Source: the human T2T-CHM13v2.0 reference genome, Homo sapiens. From it: 64,000 bases of DNA. Below the pieces are notes generated by a model. That model was not told the origin of the DNA and made no database searches. It worked only from the letters and a program-made list of their open reading frames with translations. A program made the position numbers and the translations under genes. Within the stretch, counting starts at the first letter, position 1, and every line of letters begins with the position of its first letter. The stretch is from assembly GCF_009914755.1 (NCBI RefSeq), contig NC_060940.1; one strand, written 5' to 3'. Shown here piece after piece: positions 59,928 through 64,000 of the stretch.

Positions 59928-61277
59928 CTGTAGGGCCAAAGGAGGGAATGTTTTCACACATATTCATTTGATGGACAAAATTACCGCCACCAACACAGTC
60001 TGCACCTTCTGTTGCTGGTGATAGATTTTTGCACCTTTCCATCCTCCAGGTTTCAAAATAGCAGTATCAGTGTCATAATATCACCCTTCCACTGAGTACT
60101 GCCGACAGCTGGGGGGTAAAGAAAAGTCACTGGGACACACTGTTGTCTCCACATGCCACTGTGTCTGTCTGCAAATGTAGGCAGGCTGGGGTCCTGCCCC
60201 AGGGAAGACAGAGTCATAACAGAGTAATAAAGAAGCATGTTTGAGACACAGGAGTGTCTATGTCTATCCTCATTCCTCCCTCACAGCCATCACCAGAGCA
60301 TGTTTCTTGCACCAGGTCAACAGACAGTAAGAGAGGCATGAAAAGCCCATTGTCCACACATGTTGCAGCTTCTTTTTGGAGAATGTTTTCCAGGCCTTTT
60401 ATGTTCTGTCTCTGATTCTCAGAACTCTGCAAGGTCAGTGTGACCACCCTGCTCCAAATCTAAGAAAACAGAGGTTTCCAGAGGAAGGAGAAATTGTGCC
60501 CAGGGTCACACAGCTTGCAAGAGGCAGAGTGGAAGTTGATTCCAGCTCTGCCTGCAGGACCCTCTCATTTCCCCTCTGTTTCCCTTCTTGACAAAGGATC
60601 TTCTTCACTCTGGAGGTGCCACCCATGAGAACAAAGAGCTCTGGAGAGATGTGGATTCCTGAAGAGCTGCAGGGGAACTGGGAGAGGGTTTTCTGACAGA
60701 ACAATCTCACCTCAAGAAGTCACTTAGGCATGGCTGTAATATTTCTTTTCACTCCCAGGTAATACCAAATTGTAAGTGCACTAGGACATAAAGAATACTT
60801 TTGTCCATGGAAAAATGAGGTGGGAATTCTAAACAAAGCAAGTTTTAAAACTGTGTTTCACTTCAAGTGTACAAGTCCCATCACGTGTAATCATAGGACT
60901 CGGCAGCTTTTGAAGGTACAGAGGCCACACAAGAACCAGCTTAGCTGAGCATCATTTAAGGCCTTCATTTGGAATTGTCCCTGTGGGTAATAAGTTACAT
61001 TCACTCTTCACTAGTTTACAGTCAGGGCCCATCTGCTATTACAAATACAGAACCTCTGACACTTAGAATATTAGATCAGGGGCCCCACTGGGTGGGGATG
61101 AAGGTGTTTTTGCGCAACACGGTTACCAACAGGGATGGGACTGTGATGCTTGTAGGCAGTCTTTCTCTCTGCCATCTCCCTCTGCAGGGCTTGAGCACAG
61201 AGCTGTAGGGAGAAAAATGTATCCATGTCCTGACCTGGCAGACTATGTCCAAAAGCAAGGAAAACAAGCAAACTTAC

Positions 61278-61313
61278 CCAGTTGCAAAGAGCCTTTCTTG
61301 CAGAAGGGGGGAT
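61278..61313 (-). CDS. NPIPB2: NPIP penultimate exon (IPPSARKALCNW)
   Basis: ttcag|ATCCCC...CTGG|gtaagt, 36 nt. Confidence 0.88.
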
Positions 61314-61422
61314 CTGAAAAAGCCAACACATGAGAAATTGAATGTTGAGAGAGTCTAAGGGCCGTGGCATCATCTGCATCAGCACTGAACTATCCTGCAA
61401 CTGCAGGGAGGAAGCTCCTTAC

Positions 61423-61483
61423 TTTGCATTTGTGGTAGTCCTCTGCCCGCCGCTGCAACTCTTGCGCACGTTGAAACATTTTC
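61423..61483 (-). CDS. NPIPB2: NPIP exon (KMFQRAQELQRRAEDYHKCK)
   Basis: atag|GAAAAT...CAAA|gtaagg, 61 nt; B-type residues. Confidence 0.87.
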
Positions 61484-61636
61484 CTATGGATTACAATCAC
61501 TTTCATCAGATAAAGCACCACTTTCAGGATGATTTTAAATAATCTGCCATGTTTCTGTTATCCTCACAACTGTACCCTTACACAATCTATCTCTACCTAG
61601 AAAACGTATTTCAGATGGCTATAAGAGTACAGTCTG

Positions 61637-62039
<403 letters not shown>

Positions 62040-62487
62040 CTAATTCATCCTTCATTGAGCATCTTTTATCATAAAGCTGTATTCTCTTTGTATTAATATC
62101 TTTACCGTGTTTCACAGGGCAGAAACAGCTGGGCTTATAAACAGGCATAGTCCTTTTGAAGGATGTGGTTGATCCTACAACAACACACTTTCCTAAGGAT
62201 GACAACAACTCACCCCACCCCTAGAATGGCTGGTATGAACCGAGTTTCCACACAGTCTAGCTGGCAATGGGGTCAGGAGCCGTTTTGCTACTTCACATCT
62301 TTTGGTCACTGGTAAATATTAAGGTACTTTGTTTTCTGTTTTGTGAACTCTCTCTCTCTCTCACGATATGTCTTCTGACCATTTGTTTCTATTTCTGCAT
62401 TTACTGGGTCTAAACATTGTACAAAGGTTAAAAACAACACTCCAATGGGCGTTTCCCAAGAGGGTGGGGTTCAGTTTCTGAACTCAC

Positions 62488-62595
62488 ATGTAGGTGTGTA
62501 TTTCTTTCATATCCAATTTCCCATTTTCCTCTGCCTCTGACACCTGCCTCTCCTTTTCTGCATGCTCACATTCTTTCACGCTTAGTTTCCTCAGA
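62488..62595 (-). other. NPIPB2: Vestigial NPIP exon ([35 protein letters not shown]) with AA in place of the AG acceptor
   Basis: Homologous to the NPIPA exon; open 108-nt frame, intact donor gtgagt, acceptor reads ttctaa|TCTGAG. Confidence 0.78.
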
Positions 62596-64000
62596 TTAGA
62601 AGGGAGAGAAATGCACACACATGATCCACCAGCCCGTGTGGGATTCCCTCTGCCCTTCTGGCATCTGAAGGCTGTGATTCAAAGATCCCCCCTGCAACCT
62701 TCCCACAAATGAACCAACTGATTCTCACAACCGAAGGGAGAATTGACACCTCCCATTGAGGGACAAAAAAAAGTCACACTCTGGCCTGCTGGCAAGTCAC
62801 CTGTCATTTCCAGCTCATCTTCATAGTTCCATAGTTAGTCCTATTCTTTAGTAAATATAAAGACTATTAAAAGCTTCTATGAGGTGCACTATGTGTGTCT
62901 CTGGGGTCAGTCTTGTGCTTGACACAGCGAAAGCTCATTTTAGTTCAGTGTGAAAAACCAGACCTCACCAATTCATCACAACTAACTCCATCGGAAGCAG
63001 AGGATTGCTCCTCATCTGACTCCTCCTGTGTGAGACCTGATTCTCAGTCAGAGGCTGATGCCGGAACTGAGACCATCAGCCATAGAGAGATCCTTCCAGA
63101 ATAACCCCGCAGTTCACTACTGCACTTTGCCATGATTCAGGACTGGAACTTTTGTCATCGACTTTAAAGATCCTGGTTGAGAGAAAAGGCAATCTGAATG
63201 CTGGGCGCATCTATTGAATTAGAAATGATCGGAATGGCTCCTAAGTCAGGGTGTTATGTCCTGAAAATAGGTGACAACGGCAAACCATCCACCCTGGTGT
63301 TGACTGACTTTAACAAGGTTCAGTTCACAGAGATTGAGGGCAGAAAAAGGAAACGGCCTAAAAAGGGTAAGTTTGCTGTGTTGCCCTCACACCACTTGAT
63401 TCATGGTCCTGATCCTAAGGATCTCACCTGATACTTGGTTTTATAGGAAGGATGTGTAAAATTCCCAGAACGCTAGGAAACAGGGGCGAAAACACTTCAA
63501 AGAGAAAGTTAATGAACTTGTTTCTGACCACAAGGCATCCTTCAGCACATGCTGTCTGGAGTGGCCTCAAACAAGGTGTGTGTGGTGAGGTGCTGAGAAT
63601 GCAATGGGAGCAGGGTCCTGTCCCCACGCTAAAGAAGCTCACAGCTTAATGCAAATGAGAAGCCAGTGAGGACATCACTACTCCTGCTGTGCACTTGGGA
63701 ACTAGAAACACAAAACCTGACTCTGGAGGGAAGCTAAGGAAGCATTCTACTCTTGAGTTGACATAAGTGCATCTGAAGCTTCTGATCTCCAATGAGAACA
63801 ATGGGGGACACCAAACAGAATATAAAACCCATGATTGAATACATCAAATTGCTAACATGGCAGTAAACAGACAAGAGGTGAAGATGGAGAAGAAGGAAAC
63901 CCAGGACGAAAGTCAGCTTCGCATTTGGAACCCATTTCCCTGAGTTTCATTGCTGAATTCCAGAAGGAACTACTGAGATGCAAAGAAGCACAGCAGCTTT

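Noticed and set aside
62620-64000. Non-Alu NPIP intronic sequence with short ORFs
   Set aside because: No recognisable exon, repeat family or motif that I can support; the next NPIP exon appears to lie outside the window.

Overview
Human-type, Alu-dense genomic DNA that I recognise as the 16p13.13 GSPT1 locus; a human-specific AluYa5 supports human origin. The complete GSPT1 (eRF3a) gene lies on the minus strand. Its 15 coding exons (47763 to 5157) all have GT-AG boundaries and sum to 1914 nt (637 aa + TAA). It has a CpG-island promoter at about 46.9-48.4 kb and a ~5 kb 3'UTR with proximal and distal poly(A) signals. Intron 1 holds a COX6C processed pseudogene. Upstream of the promoter are Alus, a fragmented MER21-type LTR with a nested MER8, and then the LCR16a segmental-duplication block. 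That block carries an isolated PLA2G10 catalytic exon (+) and the 3' end of an NPIPB-type gene (-), probably NPIPB2 by position. No RNA genes or CRISPR arrays are supported, and most entries in the ORF track are Alu-derived noise. I found no clearly new multi-gene system. The most interesting observations are: (1) a GUG-started +1-frame ORF over GSPT1 exons 1-4 that reads the GGC repeat as poly-Ala, with its stop codon set by the exon-4 NAGNAG choice; (2) an Alu-Alu inversion in intron 1 shown by swapped target-site duplications (TSDs); (3) an NPIP C-terminus built from a tandemly amplified Alu segment, plus an NPIP exon with a dead acceptor; (4) a TSD-bounded composite insertion containing an orphan 93-bp spacer; (5) candidate poison and alternative last exons in GSPT1. 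Repeat-family names come from recalled consensus sequences and repeat boundaries are approximate.
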